A DNA stretch of 64,000 nucleotides from a virus. Positions 53,059 to 62,262 of this stretch are shown here, in pieces. The notes under the pieces were generated by a model, which was not told where the DNA came from, did not search any database, and saw only the letters and a list, made by a program, of their open reading frames with translations. Position 1 is the first letter of the stretch; each line of letters starts with the position of its first letter. The stretch lies in the IMG/VR virus record IMGVR_UViG_3300037420_001273; one strand, written 5' to 3'. The position numbers and the translations under genes were made by a program.

Positions 53059-53085
53059 GGCCGGGCTTCTAGCACACGCCTGCAA

Positions 53086-53112
53086 ATCGTACAATCTAAG
53101 TTAGATCGAAGG
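53086..53112. promoter_or_regulatory. Dispersed motif instance merged with ribosome-binding site
   Basis: atcgtacaatctaagttagatcgaagg, continuing agtcccg to the ATG at 53120. Confidence 0.55.
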
Positions 53113-53119
53113 AGTCCCG

Positions 53120-54889
53120 ATGGCCAGTCTGCGAATCCCCGTTGGCGAGGCAACCGAGATCAACCCGGAGCGCATCAACGTCGGCCCTGACGGCCGCGCC
53201 ATCCCCTCGATGGAGCCGAAGCCGCTCGGCGCCCGCGGCCCGCAGTTCAACCGCACGATGGTCGGCTCCACGCCGGCGCCTACCGCGCCCGCACAGGTGG
53301 CCACGACTCCAGCGGCGGCTCAATCCCTGCGTACCCGCGTGGCCACGGGCGTCGGCCGCACCGTCGGCTCGGCCGCGCGCGTCGCGCTTTCGCCCGCCGC
53401 GCTTCTCGGCGCTGCTGCGACCAGCGGCTACGGCACGTACCACATCAACGATCCCGAGATCGACTCGTCGGCCGGCGGGACGCTGAACTACATCAAGAAC
53501 GGCGAGGGCGGCAAACTCCTTCGCTCGCTCTCCAACGGCGCCCTCGAGACCGGCCTGGACCTGGCGCACGGCGGCGCCGGCATGATCGACTCGATCGCCG
53601 GCACGCACCTGCAGCAGAGCCTGCGCGATCGCGTCCAGTCCGACCTCGGTGACCAGATCCGCATCGGCCAGCCCGCCGCGGCTGCTGCCGTCGCACCGGC
53701 GTCGCCTGCGGGCAGTGCGAACCCGGCTCAGGAGAACTTCCGCGCGGCGGAGCTGGCTGGCGCCAGCCCCAGCGCCCCGTTGCAGACGCAGGAGGCGAAC
53801 TACCAGAGCCCGGCGCTGCGCAATGTCAGCACGATCCCTGGCACCAGCACGGCGGACACGCTGCGACAGATCGACACGATCCGCGGCTTGGGCGGCAATC
53901 CGATGGACCCGTACGGCTCCGGCGCTCACGGTCCCGACGGCTCCGGCGGGCTGGCCAGCATCGGCTCTGGCGGCTCGATCTCGAGCGACGCACATGCCAA
54001 GTTCGATCAATTCGCGCAGCGCGAAACCCTGCGTGGTCAGATCCGCGATGCGCTGTCGAGCCGCAATCCGCACGACCGCGCAGCGGCGATGCAGCTCGCC
54101 GGCCAGGCCGAAGGAATCGCCGGTAACGAGCGCGTGGCGGGGCTTCGCGAAGCCGGTGAAAACGCGCGCGCCTCGGCCCAGCTCGGCTTGTCGCGCTACC
54201 TCGGCGACCGCAACGCCCAGCTGCAACTGCGTGGGCAGGACATCACGCGCGAGGGCCACATGATCAACGCTGCCGGCCAGCGCGCGCAGCTGCTCTACAA
54301 CATCAACAAAGACCAGCGCGACTTCAACCTGCGCAAGGACGAGGTCGACAACGCCGAGCGCGAGCGCGGCCAGAAGAGCATCAGCGACTGGTTGCAGTCG
54401 TCGTTCCAGACGACCGACGCGAACGGCAAGGCGGTGCCCGACAGCGCGCGCATCGCTTCGTTCACCCAGGCGTCCACCCGCATGCTGGGCAACGTCATCA
54501 ACCAGTTCAAGAACGACCCGGACCCGGCCAAGCGGGCCTACGCCGAGAAACTGTCGAAGCAGGGCCTGCAAGCGCTCGACCCCGAGGACCGCGCCGCGAT
54601 GCTCACGCTGTTCGGCCGCATGGAGCGCTTCCAGCAAGCGCGCAGCGGCATCGTGCCGGGCACCGCCAGCGGGGCGGTCTCAGGCAGCCTGAATGACTAC
54701 GAGATCGTCGGCCACGAGCCCGGGCTGCTGCAGGACCGCTACCGCCTGCGCGGCGGCCAGTCGATCCCGGTCAATGACGTGCGCTACCGCGAGGGCCCGG
54801 CGAACCTGGTCCTGCCTGACGTCGGGAAGACCCCGACCACTGACCTCGGTCCGACCCCGCAGGAGCGCGAGCGCCTGCGCCAGCGATAA
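53120..54889 (+). CDS. Virion internal / ejection protein candidate
   Basis: 589 aa. The motif plus GAAGGAG lies upstream. Confidence 0.72.
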   Translation: MASLRIPVGEATEINPERINVGPDGRAIPSMEPKPLGARGPQFNRTMVGSTPAPTAPAQVATTPAAAQSLRTRVATGVGRTVGSAARVALSPAALLGAAATSGYGTYHINDPEIDSSAGGTLNYIKNGEGGKLLRSLSNGALETGLDLAHGGAGMIDSIAGTHLQQSLRDRVQSDLGDQIRIGQPAAAAAVAPASPAGSANPAQENFRAAELAGASPSAPLQTQEANYQSPALRNVSTIPGTSTADTLRQIDTIRGLGGNPMDPYGSGAHGPDGSGGLASIGSGGSISSDAHAKFDQFAQRETLRGQIRDALSSRNPHDRAAAMQLAGQAEGIAGNERVAGLREAGENARASAQLGLSRYLGDRNAQLQLRGQDITREGHMINAAGQRAQLLYNINKDQRDFNLRKDEVDNAERERGQKSISDWLQSSFQTTDANGKAVPDSARIASFTQASTRMLGNVINQFKNDPDPAKRAYAEKLSKQGLQALDPEDRAAMLTLFGRMERFQQARSGIVPGTASGAVSGSLNDYEIVGHEPGLLQDRYRLRGGQSIPVNDVRYREGPANLVLPDVGKTPTTDLGPTPQERERLRQR

Positions 54890-54898
54890 GGAGCGCGC

Positions 54899-57800
54899 AT
54901 GGGGCTTCTGGCAGACCTGCTCGCCCAGCAGGAAGCGCAACAGGCTGAGCCGACGCTCGGCGAATCGTTCGGCGCCGGCCTGCGCTCAGGGGGCCTGGCC
55001 GCCGGCGGTCAGCTGGCCACCCTGGGCGGCTCAGTCCTCGACTCGCCCGAGCTGCTGGCCACCGGCCGGCGCCTGCGCGGCGAGGCTGCTGCCGCGGCTC
55101 CTGTCGTCGGCTCGCTGCGCGACGTGCACAGCCTGGGCGACTTCGGCCACTACGCCGCCGGCCTGGCGGGCGGCATGGTGCCTACCGCAGGCGCTGCGCT
55201 CGGCGCCGGGCTGCTCACGCGCGACCCGCGCAAGGCGACCCTGGCCGGTACCGCGGCGCTGTCGCCGCTCGAGGTGGGCGACGTGCTGCAGCGTCAGGAA
55301 GAGGCCGGCCAGCCGCTCGACCTGCGCACCGCGGTGCCTGCTGGCGTGGCCTCGGCCGCGGTGCAGAACGTGCTGCCCGGCGCGGCGCGCGCGGCGAAGA
55401 TTCCCGGCGGAGCCCTGGCGGCGATCCCTGAGCAGGCGGCGCTGGCCGGCGGCAGCGAGGCGATCAAGCAGCAGGGCGCTGGCCAGCAGCTGGACCCCGA
55501 GGCGATCAAGGAAGCCGCCGCGGGCGGCGCCGTCATGGGCGCGCCGGTGGCAGCGGTCCACGGTCTGAGCGCGAACAAGTCGAAGCTGAAGAACCTCTAC
55601 GAGGGCGCGCGCGGCAAGGTCGACGAGAGCCTGGATCGCGTCTCGAAAGGCATTCCGCTGGGCGACCTCAAGGAGTTCGGCGATGCCCAGGGCGATAAGC
55701 TCAATGACCTGGTCAAGCGCAGCGACGAGCTGGGCGTCGAGAAGGCGAAGCAGTGGGGGCAGGAGCTCCTGGCCAAGGGCGGCTTGACGCCCGAGAAGCA
55801 GGCCGAGCTCGTGCAGGCGATGTCGAACCTGCACGACGACGCGAACCGCATGCTGGTCGCCGGCATGAAGAAGGCCCAGGACCTGGGCAGCGACGCGCTC
55901 GACCATGTCAACGCGTTCGCCGACCACGCCAAGGAGCTCTGGGCCGGCGCGAAGTCGAAGGCCGCCGAGGCCGCCGGCAAGAAGAGCGAGGACTACAGCG
56001 GCCTGCGCGCCGCGATCGCAGACGTGATCCAGAACGTCGCCGGGCCGGCGCTGCGCGAGCGGCATCCTGAGCTGCTGAACAACCCCGAGGCGATCGACAA
56101 GCTCGCCGGCGGCATGCGCTACGCGGCTGAGTCCCTGGCGCGCGACGGTCACCTGGACGAGAAGACGACCTCGCTGATGCACGACTTCTTCGGCGACGAC
56201 ACCCGCTCGGTGCTCGAGGAGCTGCACGGCGTGGTCGCGAACCAGAAGGATCAGCCGGCCACCGAGCGCTACTTCAAGGGCCTGAACGAGATCGCCGACA
56301 ACGAGCGCCAAGGCCTGCAGCTGCGCGAGGTCGTGGCGAAGTACGCGAAGGACAAGGACGCCGCCGAGGTCGACGCCGCGGTGAACAACATCCGCCGCAT
56401 CCTCAACGGCGACACGACGAAAGACCTGCACGGCGAGCAGAAGGCATACGAAGAGCGCCGCCTGATGGACCTGATCCATCAGGAGTTCGGCGCCGACACC
56501 GACAAGGTCCTGGCCGCGTTCGAGAAAGACACCAAGCGCGCCAAGTACAGCGCCGTCGGCCCGGCCGAAGACCCTGAGCTGGTCAAGACGCTGGAGCAGC
56601 CCGGCGACCAGGCAGCGCTGCTGAACAAGGGCGAGCCGGTCGAGAGCCCGCAGACGCACCGCGCGAACTACGACAGCGAGAGCCGCGCCGAGCGCATGAT
56701 CCGCGAGGCCGAGGCGAAGTATCCCGACGTCAAGGCGCGCTTCCTCAGCCACGACGAGGCGGTGCAGCATGGCCTTGTAGACGAGGGCGCCCAGACGCCG
56801 GAGGGCCACGGCTACGTCGCTGCATTCAAGACCGCCGGCTCCGACAAGCTGACCGACGCCGAGCTGTCGTCGATGCGCTTCGCGCACGACAAGACGAACG
56901 CGCGCAGCAACCCCAGCCTGGTCGACTTCGGCACCGGCGGCTACTACGACGCCCGCAAGGTGACCAGCGTCATGCACGCGAAGCTGGGCGACCAGCTGCC
57001 CGACGCCGGGACTGACGTGCGCCTGGCGCGCGCGTTCATGAACGGCGTCGGGCAGCTCGCCGAGAAGACGGGAGAGGCGCCCAAGCTCAACGACACGATC
57101 GTCATCGGCCAGATCAACGGTGCTCCGCTCACGTGGGGCGAGGCGAAGAAGCTGACGGCCGTCGAGGGCGGGCGCAACTATGACGCTGAGCTGCAGGCGC
57201 TACGCAAGCAGTACAGCGAGGCGCGCGCTCGGCGCGACGAGCGCGGCATGGACGAGACCGCGCGCAAGGCACAACGTGTCAAAGACGCTCGTGACGAGGA
57301 GATCGCCGGCCGCGAGGACCGTGCGGACAAGCCCGTCGACGAGAGCTTACGCGAGCAGGGCAAGCAGGAGGCTGACCCCGACGGCCAGATCCACGAAGCC
57401 GCGGCGGCACTGAGCCCGAACGAGCTCGAGCGCAAGAACCCGGTGCCCAGCGCCAAGCCGACGCCCGCCGACGCGCTGCGCGCGCTGGACAGCAAGCTCA
57501 AGCGCATGGAAGCCAGTGCGGTCAAGGCTGTGCGCGACGCCGGCGCTGCGGCGCGCGAGCTGGCCAAGCAGTGGAAGACCCTGGACGACGAGCAGCGTCA
57601 GATGCTGCTCAGCCTGGTCAAACAGCACGACATGACGAAGGCGGTGGCCCTGGTCAAGGAGCTGACCGCGCCGGCCAAGGAGGTGCCGGCCAGCGGCCCA
57701 AAAGCGCTGCTGGACAAAGCGCGTTCGCCGGACTCGACCTTCCTTGAGCGCGTAGCGAAGAACGACGACGCCAAGGGCCTGCAGCGCGCCGTAGAGGAGC

Positions 57801-60373
57801 TCAACCGCCACGACGGTACCGAGCGTGCCGTGGACGCGATCAACGAGCGCCTGGGCCAGCTGGTGCAGGACCCCGACGTCGCCTACAGCCTGCAGCGCAC
57901 GCGCGAGGGCAAGTCGATCTCGCCGGCGAAAGAGGCCGAGGTCCGCGAGCACATCGAGAAGGTCCTGGGCCCGCAGGTGCGTGTCGAGACCGCGAAACTG
58001 GCCCACGCCGGCGACTTCCATCGTGTCAACGGCGAGGACGTCATCCGCGTTAGCACCCACGCGCTGAACCCGATGAGCGTGGCGTACCACGAGAGCCTGC
58101 ACGGCTTCTTCGCCCAGCTGCGCGACGCCGGCCTGCACGAGGTCACGAAGCCGCTGCTCAAGGCCGCGGAGAGCGCCCACGTCATGGGGCAGCTGCGCGA
58201 GCTGCTGCGCAAGGAGCCTGAGGCGCTCAAGCAACTCGAGAACCCCGAGGAGCGGGTCGCCTACATGTACCAGTTCTGGGCCAACGGGAAGCTGACCGTC
58301 GGCCCGGCGGCGAAGAACGTGTTCCAGCGCGTCGCCGACATGTTCCGCCGCGTGCTGGGCATCTGGTCGAACGACGAGCGCGCGCTGCACGTCATGGAGT
58401 ACTTCCAGCGCGGTGACTTCGCCAAGGACGCTCACGACCCGTCTGCCGCCGGCCGCGCGCTGCTCGAGCCCGGGCGCAATGCTGCGCTGGAGAAGGTGAA
58501 GGCGATGACGCAGCCGCTGGCGCGCCTGGCCGACACACTGGGCACCGCCGGCGCGGCGCGCCTGCGCGACACGAAGGTGCCGGCGCTGCTCGAGCTCACC
58601 GACCGTATGAAGGGCTCCCTGACGGGCCAGAACGAAGACCCTGGGTTCCTGCCGGCTGCTCGCATCGAGCGCACGCGCGTGATGAACGAGCTGGGTGCGA
58701 AGCTGAGCCAGTTCAGCAAGGAGGCCCTGCACGAGGCCCTGGAGGCGATGCAGGCCGGCGCCAAGCCCGCCAGCACCGAGGCGAAGGCTGCGCGGCTGCA
58801 CGTGCGCAAGGCGCTGGACGCGCTGTTTGACTACATGAGCGCCGCCGGCGTGAAGGTCGGTGACCTGGGCTACGGCAAGGACTACTTCCCGCGCGTCTAC
58901 GACCCGGACTTCATCAGCCGACACCAGGACGAGTTCCGCACGCTGCTCGAGGCCCACGGCGTCAAGGACCCCACCGGCGTGATGGCGCGGATCATGGCGA
59001 ACGACGGCTCGTTCCTGACCATCGAGACGCCGAAGCCGGGCATGCAACACCTGAAGGAGCGGGTGCTGGCGCACATCCCTGATGCGCAGCTGCGTCCGTT
59101 CATGCGCAAGGACCTGTTCGAGATCATGAACAGCTACGTCACGCAGGCGGCGCGGCGCGCGGAGTGGGCGCGGCGCTTCGGCGACGACGGAAAAGGCATC
59201 CAGGAGCTGCTGGCGCGCGCCAAGGAAGAAGGCGCCAGCGCGGAGCAACTGAAGACCGCGGACGACTTCATCCATGCGATCGACGGCACGCTGGGTGACA
59301 ACCTGAACCCGACGGCGCGGCGTCTGTTCGGCAACGCGATCGTCTACCAGAACATCCGCCTGCTGCCGCTGGCGATCTTCTCGTCGGTGGTCGACCCCCT
59401 GGGCATCGTCGTGCGCGGCGGCACGGTGGGCGATGCCTGGAGCACGTTCAAGCGCGGTGTCCGCGAGACGGTCAAGAACTTCAAGAGCGCGCCGGACAAA
59501 GACGCCGCCACTGAGCTGGCTGAGACGATGGGCGTGGTAGACAACGCTGCGCTGGTGCATACGCTGGGCGCCCTGTACAGCCAGGGCATGGTCGGCGACA
59601 CCGCGCGCAAGATCAACGACACGTTCTTCCGCTTCAACCTCATGGAGCAGTTCAACATCTCCATGCGGGTCGGCGCCACTGAGGCGGCGCTGAAGTTCAT
59701 CGCCCGACACGCCGGCGGCGAGAGCGAGCACAGCGCGCGCTACATGGCCGAGCTGGGGCTCGAGAAGAGCGACGTCAAGCTCGACGACGCCGGGCGGCCG
59801 GTGATCAACGACAAGGTCCGCCTGGCGGCCAACAAGTGGGTCGACGGCGCCGTGCTGCGCCCTGACGCGGCCGACAAGCCGATCTGGATGAGTGACCCGC
59901 ACTGGGCGCTCATCGCGCACCTGAAGCAGTTCGTCTACAGCTTCCACGAGACGATCCTCAAGCGCGTCGTGCACGAGTACCAGCACGGCAACTACAAGCC
60001 GGCGATGGCGATGGCGGCGTACGTGCCCGTGATGATCGCCTCGGACCTTGTCAAGGGCCTCATCCAGGGCGGCGGACAGCAGCCTGACTGGAAGGACAAG
60101 TGGGGCGCGGAGGACTATCTCTGGTCCGGCGTGCAGCGCGCGGGGCTGTTGGGCAGCGGCCAGTTCCTCGCCGACATGGCCGGCGACATCAAGGAAGGGG
60201 GCGTAGGCGTCGGCGCCCTGGGCGGGCCGACGATCGAGCAGTTCACCGACGCCGTGCGCGTGCTCGAGGGCCGGGAGATGTTCCACAGCTTCGCCCTGAA
60301 GAGCATGCCGGCGAACGCGCTGTACGCGACGCTGGCCGGCGGCCAGGCGACTGACCCGAAGTTCGCGGACTAA
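54899..60373 (+). CDS. Giant virion protein (1824 aa) with zincin HExxH motif; ejection / polyvalent protein candidate
   Basis: The N-terminus has Gly/Ala-rich hydrophobic segments. HESLH lies at residues 1064-1068 (nt 58088-58102) in the context VAYHESLHGFFAQL. Confidence 0.85.
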   Translation: MGLLADLLAQQEAQQAEPTLGESFGAGLRSGGLAAGGQLATLGGSVLDSPELLATGRRLRGEAAAAAPVVGSLRDVHSLGDFGHYAAGLAGGMVPTAGAALGAGLLTRDPRKATLAGTAALSPLEVGDVLQRQEEAGQPLDLRTAVPAGVASAAVQNVLPGAARAAKIPGGALAAIPEQAALAGGSEAIKQQGAGQQLDPEAIKEAAAGGAVMGAPVAAVHGLSANKSKLKNLYEGARGKVDESLDRVSKGIPLGDLKEFGDAQGDKLNDLVKRSDELGVEKAKQWGQELLAKGGLTPEKQAELVQAMSNLHDDANRMLVAGMKKAQDLGSDALDHVNAFADHAKELWAGAKSKAAEAAGKKSEDYSGLRAAIADVIQNVAGPALRERHPELLNNPEAIDKLAGGMRYAAESLARDGHLDEKTTSLMHDFFGDDTRSVLEELHGVVANQKDQPATERYFKGLNEIADNERQGLQLREVVAKYAKDKDAAEVDAAVNNIRRILNGDTTKDLHGEQKAYEERRLMDLIHQEFGADTDKVLAAFEKDTKRAKYSAVGPAEDPELVKTLEQPGDQAALLNKGEPVESPQTHRANYDSESRAERMIREAEAKYPDVKARFLSHDEAVQHGLVDEGAQTPEGHGYVAAFKTAGSDKLTDAELSSMRFAHDKTNARSNPSLVDFGTGGYYDARKVTSVMHAKLGDQLPDAGTDVRLARAFMNGVGQLAEKTGEAPKLNDTIVIGQINGAPLTWGEAKKLTAVEGGRNYDAELQALRKQYSEARARRDERGMDETARKAQRVKDARDEEIAGREDRADKPVDESLREQGKQEADPDGQIHEAAAALSPNELERKNPVPSAKPTPADALRALDSKLKRMEASAVKAVRDAGAAARELAKQWKTLDDEQRQMLLSLVKQHDMTKAVALVKELTAPAKEVPASGPKALLDKARSPDSTFLERVAKNDDAKGLQRAVEELNRHDGTERAVDAINERLGQLVQDPDVAYSLQRTREGKSISPAKEAEVREHIEKVLGPQVRVETAKLAHAGDFHRVNGEDVIRVSTHALNPMSVAYHESLHGFFAQLRDAGLHEVTKPLLKAAESAHVMGQLRELLRKEPEALKQLENPEERVAYMYQFWANGKLTVGPAAKNVFQRVADMFRRVLGIWSNDERALHVMEYFQRGDFAKDAHDPSAAGRALLEPGRNAALEKVKAMTQPLARLADTLGTAGAARLRDTKVPALLELTDRMKGSLTGQNEDPGFLPAARIERTRVMNELGAKLSQFSKEALHEALEAMQAGAKPASTEAKAARLHVRKALDALFDYMSAAGVKVGDLGYGKDYFPRVYDPDFISRHQDEFRTLLEAHGVKDPTGVMARIMANDGSFLTIETPKPGMQHLKERVLAHIPDAQLRPFMRKDLFEIMNSYVTQAARRAEWARRFGDDGKGIQELLARAKEEGASAEQLKTADDFIHAIDGTLGDNLNPTARRLFGNAIVYQNIRLLPLAIFSSVVDPLGIVVRGGTVGDAWSTFKRGVRETVKNFKSAPDKDAATELAETMGVVDNAALVHTLGALYSQGMVGDTARKINDTFFRFNLMEQFNISMRVGATEAALKFIARHAGGESEHSARYMAELGLEKSDVKLDDAGRPVINDKVRLAANKWVDGAVLRPDAADKPIWMSDPHWALIAHLKQFVYSFHETILKRVVHEYQHGNYKPAMAMAAYVPVMIASDLVKGLIQGGGQQPDWKDKWGAEDYLWSGVQRAGLLGSGQFLADMAGDIKEGGVGVGALGGPTIEQFTDAVRVLEGREMFHSFALKSMPANALYATLAGGQATDPKFAD

Positions 60374-60376
60374 AGC

Positions 60377-60805
60377 ATGACCACCATCCTCGCCGACGTT
60401 CGCATGGGGGTGATGGTTTCGGATTCCAACCTCAGCGACGGCGAGAGGGTCAGCAGGACGCGCAAGGTCTGGCGCGTGCGCGACGAGCTGATCGGTTGCG
60501 CTGGGACGTTCCATGAGATCGAGGCTTTCGTAGCCTGGTACCGCGGCGGCATGCAGGACAAGCCCCGCTTTCCGAGCGTGAGCGCGCTCGTGTTGACGCA
60601 GCAGGGTCTGCTGCACTTCGCCGGAACCGACATGCCCATCCACGTGCAGAACGGCCGCGAGGCCGTGGGCACCGGGGCGATGGCGGCGATGGCTGTGTTC
60701 GAAGCCCTGAAGTTCACCGATCCGCGCAAGGCAGTGCAGATCGTTTGCAAACACGACGCCGGCTCCCGTGGGCCGGTGAGGGTCTACCGCCTTAAGAAAG
60801 CGTGA
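60377..60805 (+). CDS. HslV / proteasome-beta-like Ntn hydrolase (142 aa)
   Basis: The N-terminal MTTILAD gives Thr directly after Met, as in HslV (MTTIVSV). RKVWRV aligns with the HslV VKKVRRL region. AVGTGAMAAMAV aligns with HslV AIGSGGPYAQAA (comparison from memory). Confidence 0.65.
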   Translation: MTTILADVRMGVMVSDSNLSDGERVSRTRKVWRVRDELIGCAGTFHEIEAFVAWYRGGMQDKPRFPSVSALVLTQQGLLHFAGTDMPIHVQNGREAVGTGAMAAMAVFEALKFTDPRKAVQIVCKHDAGSRGPVRVYRLKKA

Positions 60806-60806
60806 C

Positions 60807-61856
60807 ATGCCTACTCCTCGCCTGCCCGACGACAAAGCCCTCGAGGCCGCCGACGCGTACCGCCGCCTCGGCCTCGAAGGCTACAAGCTGATCCCAGGGA
60901 TCAACCCCAAGACGTTCGAGGCGCGCGTGAGCGTCGCCGTAGCGCGCGGGTTCGTCGACCGGCGGGAACGGCGTAGCGTGCCGTTCCTGGGCAAAGAGCT
61001 CGAGGTGGTGAGCGCGCCGGAGACCGAGGAGTCGATCGAAGAGCTGATCGCCCGCAAGAAGACCCACATGCAACGCGCGATGGCGCACGAGGAGTGGGCG
61101 CAGCTCATCCCGGTGCAGGTGAAGACCGAAGGGCCGATCGGCCTGTTCCTCGTCGGTGACCCCCACATCGACGACGACTACTGCGACATTGCGCAGCTCG
61201 AGCACGACCTGTCGACCGTCGGCCGCACACCGGGGTTCTTCGCCGGCCACGTCGGCGACATCACGAACAACTGGGTCGGGCGACTGAAGGCGTTGTACGC
61301 GAGCCAGTCGACGCGCTTCAGCGACGGGCTGCGGCTGGCCGAGTGGATGTTCAGCCTGTGCCCGAATCTTTTCGTCGTCAACGGAAACCACGACTGCTGG
61401 GAGAAGGGCACCGACCTGCTGCGCTTCATCGTCAAGGCCGGCGCGCATCAGTCACACGGCGTGCGCATGGCGCTGCGCTGGCCGAACGGCAAGGAGCTAC
61501 GCGTGCACTGCCGGCACGACTTCCCGGGCAAGAGCCAGTTCAGCGACACGCACGGCATGAAGCGCGAGATCCTGTTCGGGCACCGCGACCACATCCTGGT
61601 CGCCGGCCACACGCACGTCGACGAAGGGCGCATCGAGCCAAGCGTCGAGGGCGACGCGCACTGGTTCTTCCGCGTCAGCGGCTACAAGGTCATCGACGAC
61701 TTCGCCAAGGAGAAGGGCTTCCGCCCGAAGCGCCTGGCACCAGGCGTGGCGCTGGTGCTCGACCCGTCGCAATCCAAGCCGGCTGAGCGGATCAAGCCGT
61801 TCTGGTGCGTAGATCGCGCGGCGTGGTACCTGAACAAGCTGCGCGAAGGCGCCTGA
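60807..61856 (+). CDS. Calcineurin-like metallophosphoesterase with N-terminal extension
   Basis: Motifs VGDPHID, GDITNN, GNHD and AGHTH. Confidence 0.85.
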   Translation: MPTPRLPDDKALEAADAYRRLGLEGYKLIPGINPKTFEARVSVAVARGFVDRRERRSVPFLGKELEVVSAPETEESIEELIARKKTHMQRAMAHEEWAQLIPVQVKTEGPIGLFLVGDPHIDDDYCDIAQLEHDLSTVGRTPGFFAGHVGDITNNWVGRLKALYASQSTRFSDGLRLAEWMFSLCPNLFVVNGNHDCWEKGTDLLRFIVKAGAHQSHGVRMALRWPNGKELRVHCRHDFPGKSQFSDTHGMKREILFGHRDHILVAGHTHVDEGRIEPSVEGDAHWFFRVSGYKVIDDFAKEKGFRPKRLAPGVALVLDPSQSKPAERIKPFWCVDRAAWYLNKLREGA

Positions 61857-61867
61857 GTCTCTCTATA

Positions 61868-61999
61868 CCCTTGTTCTAAAGTTCTGTTCCATTCTTACTT
61901 TCTTATGTGAGAAAAAATAATAGATATTCATAATATATTAAGGGTCCACAAGAGTCTCCTATAAAGATGTTCGCGGTGGAACAGAACTTTGGTACGGAG
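61868..61999 (+). repeat. AT-rich structured element, copy B (22-position closing stem around an 87-nt AT-rich interior)
   Basis: The left arm 61869-61890 pairs with the right arm 61978-61999 (17 Watson-Crick pairs, 3 G:T, 2 mismatches). It shares conserved boxes with copy A at 20390-20564. Confidence 0.8.
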
Positions 62000-62062
62000 C
62001 CTTTCACACACGTGTGGGCTCTTCGCTGCGTCACGACACGCGGTCTCTAACGGCGGTGAAGA

Positions 62063-62072
62063 TGGCGGTACA
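62063..62072 (+). promoter_or_regulatory. Putative integrase arm-type site (TGGCGGTACA), left arm
   Basis: The identical 10-mer recurs at 62245-62254 on the other side of the att core. A related cggcggtg lies at 62051-62058. Confidence 0.5.
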
Positions 62073-62107
62073 GCGCTAAGTGCGCGCCGCTGCTTCAGTT
62101 CTTCCGC

Positions 62108-62152
62108 CTCTTAATCCGTTGGTCGTAGGTTCGAATCCTACAGGGCCCACCA
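62108..62152 (+). other. attP core: 3-prime 45 nt of a tRNA-Lys(CUU) (anticodon loop to CCA), not an intact tRNA gene
   Basis: ctcttaa (loop, anticodon CTT), tccgt, tggtc, gtagg-ttcgaat-cctac (T arm), agggccc-a-cca. The 5-prime anticodon-stem strand, D arm and 5-prime acceptor strand are missing upstream. Confidence 0.8.
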
Positions 62153-62187
62153 AAATTTCCTTGTGGATCAGGCACTTAGCGACACCG

Positions 62188-62204
62188 TCGAAGTGCGATC
62201 TAAC
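62188..62204. promoter_or_regulatory. Dispersed motif instance between att core and int
   Basis: tcgaagtgcgatctaac. Confidence 0.5.
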
Positions 62205-62230
62205 TCCCCACACAAGCCGACCAGACTTGC

Positions 62231-62262
62231 CAACCGCCAGCACGTGGCGGTACAACCGCCAG
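62231..62262 (+). promoter_or_regulatory. Putative arm-type repeats (CAACCGCCAG x2 direct, with TGGCGGTACA between)
   Basis: caaccgccag occurs at 62231-62240 and 62253-62262. tggcggtaca at 62245-62254 matches 62063-62072. Confidence 0.5.

Noticed and set aside
60377-60805. The HslV-like protein as the prohead maturation protease.
   Set aside because: It is 27 kb from the capsid and scaffold genes. The head module has a separate scaffold, which usually implies no protease. It is kept only as an unexplained Ntn hydrolase.
62041-62152. An intact tRNA gene.
   Set aside because: Only the anticodon loop through the CCA end is present. The upstream sequence cannot form the 5-prime anticodon stem, D arm or acceptor stem. 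The 62-aa ORF at 62080-62268 across it is spurious.
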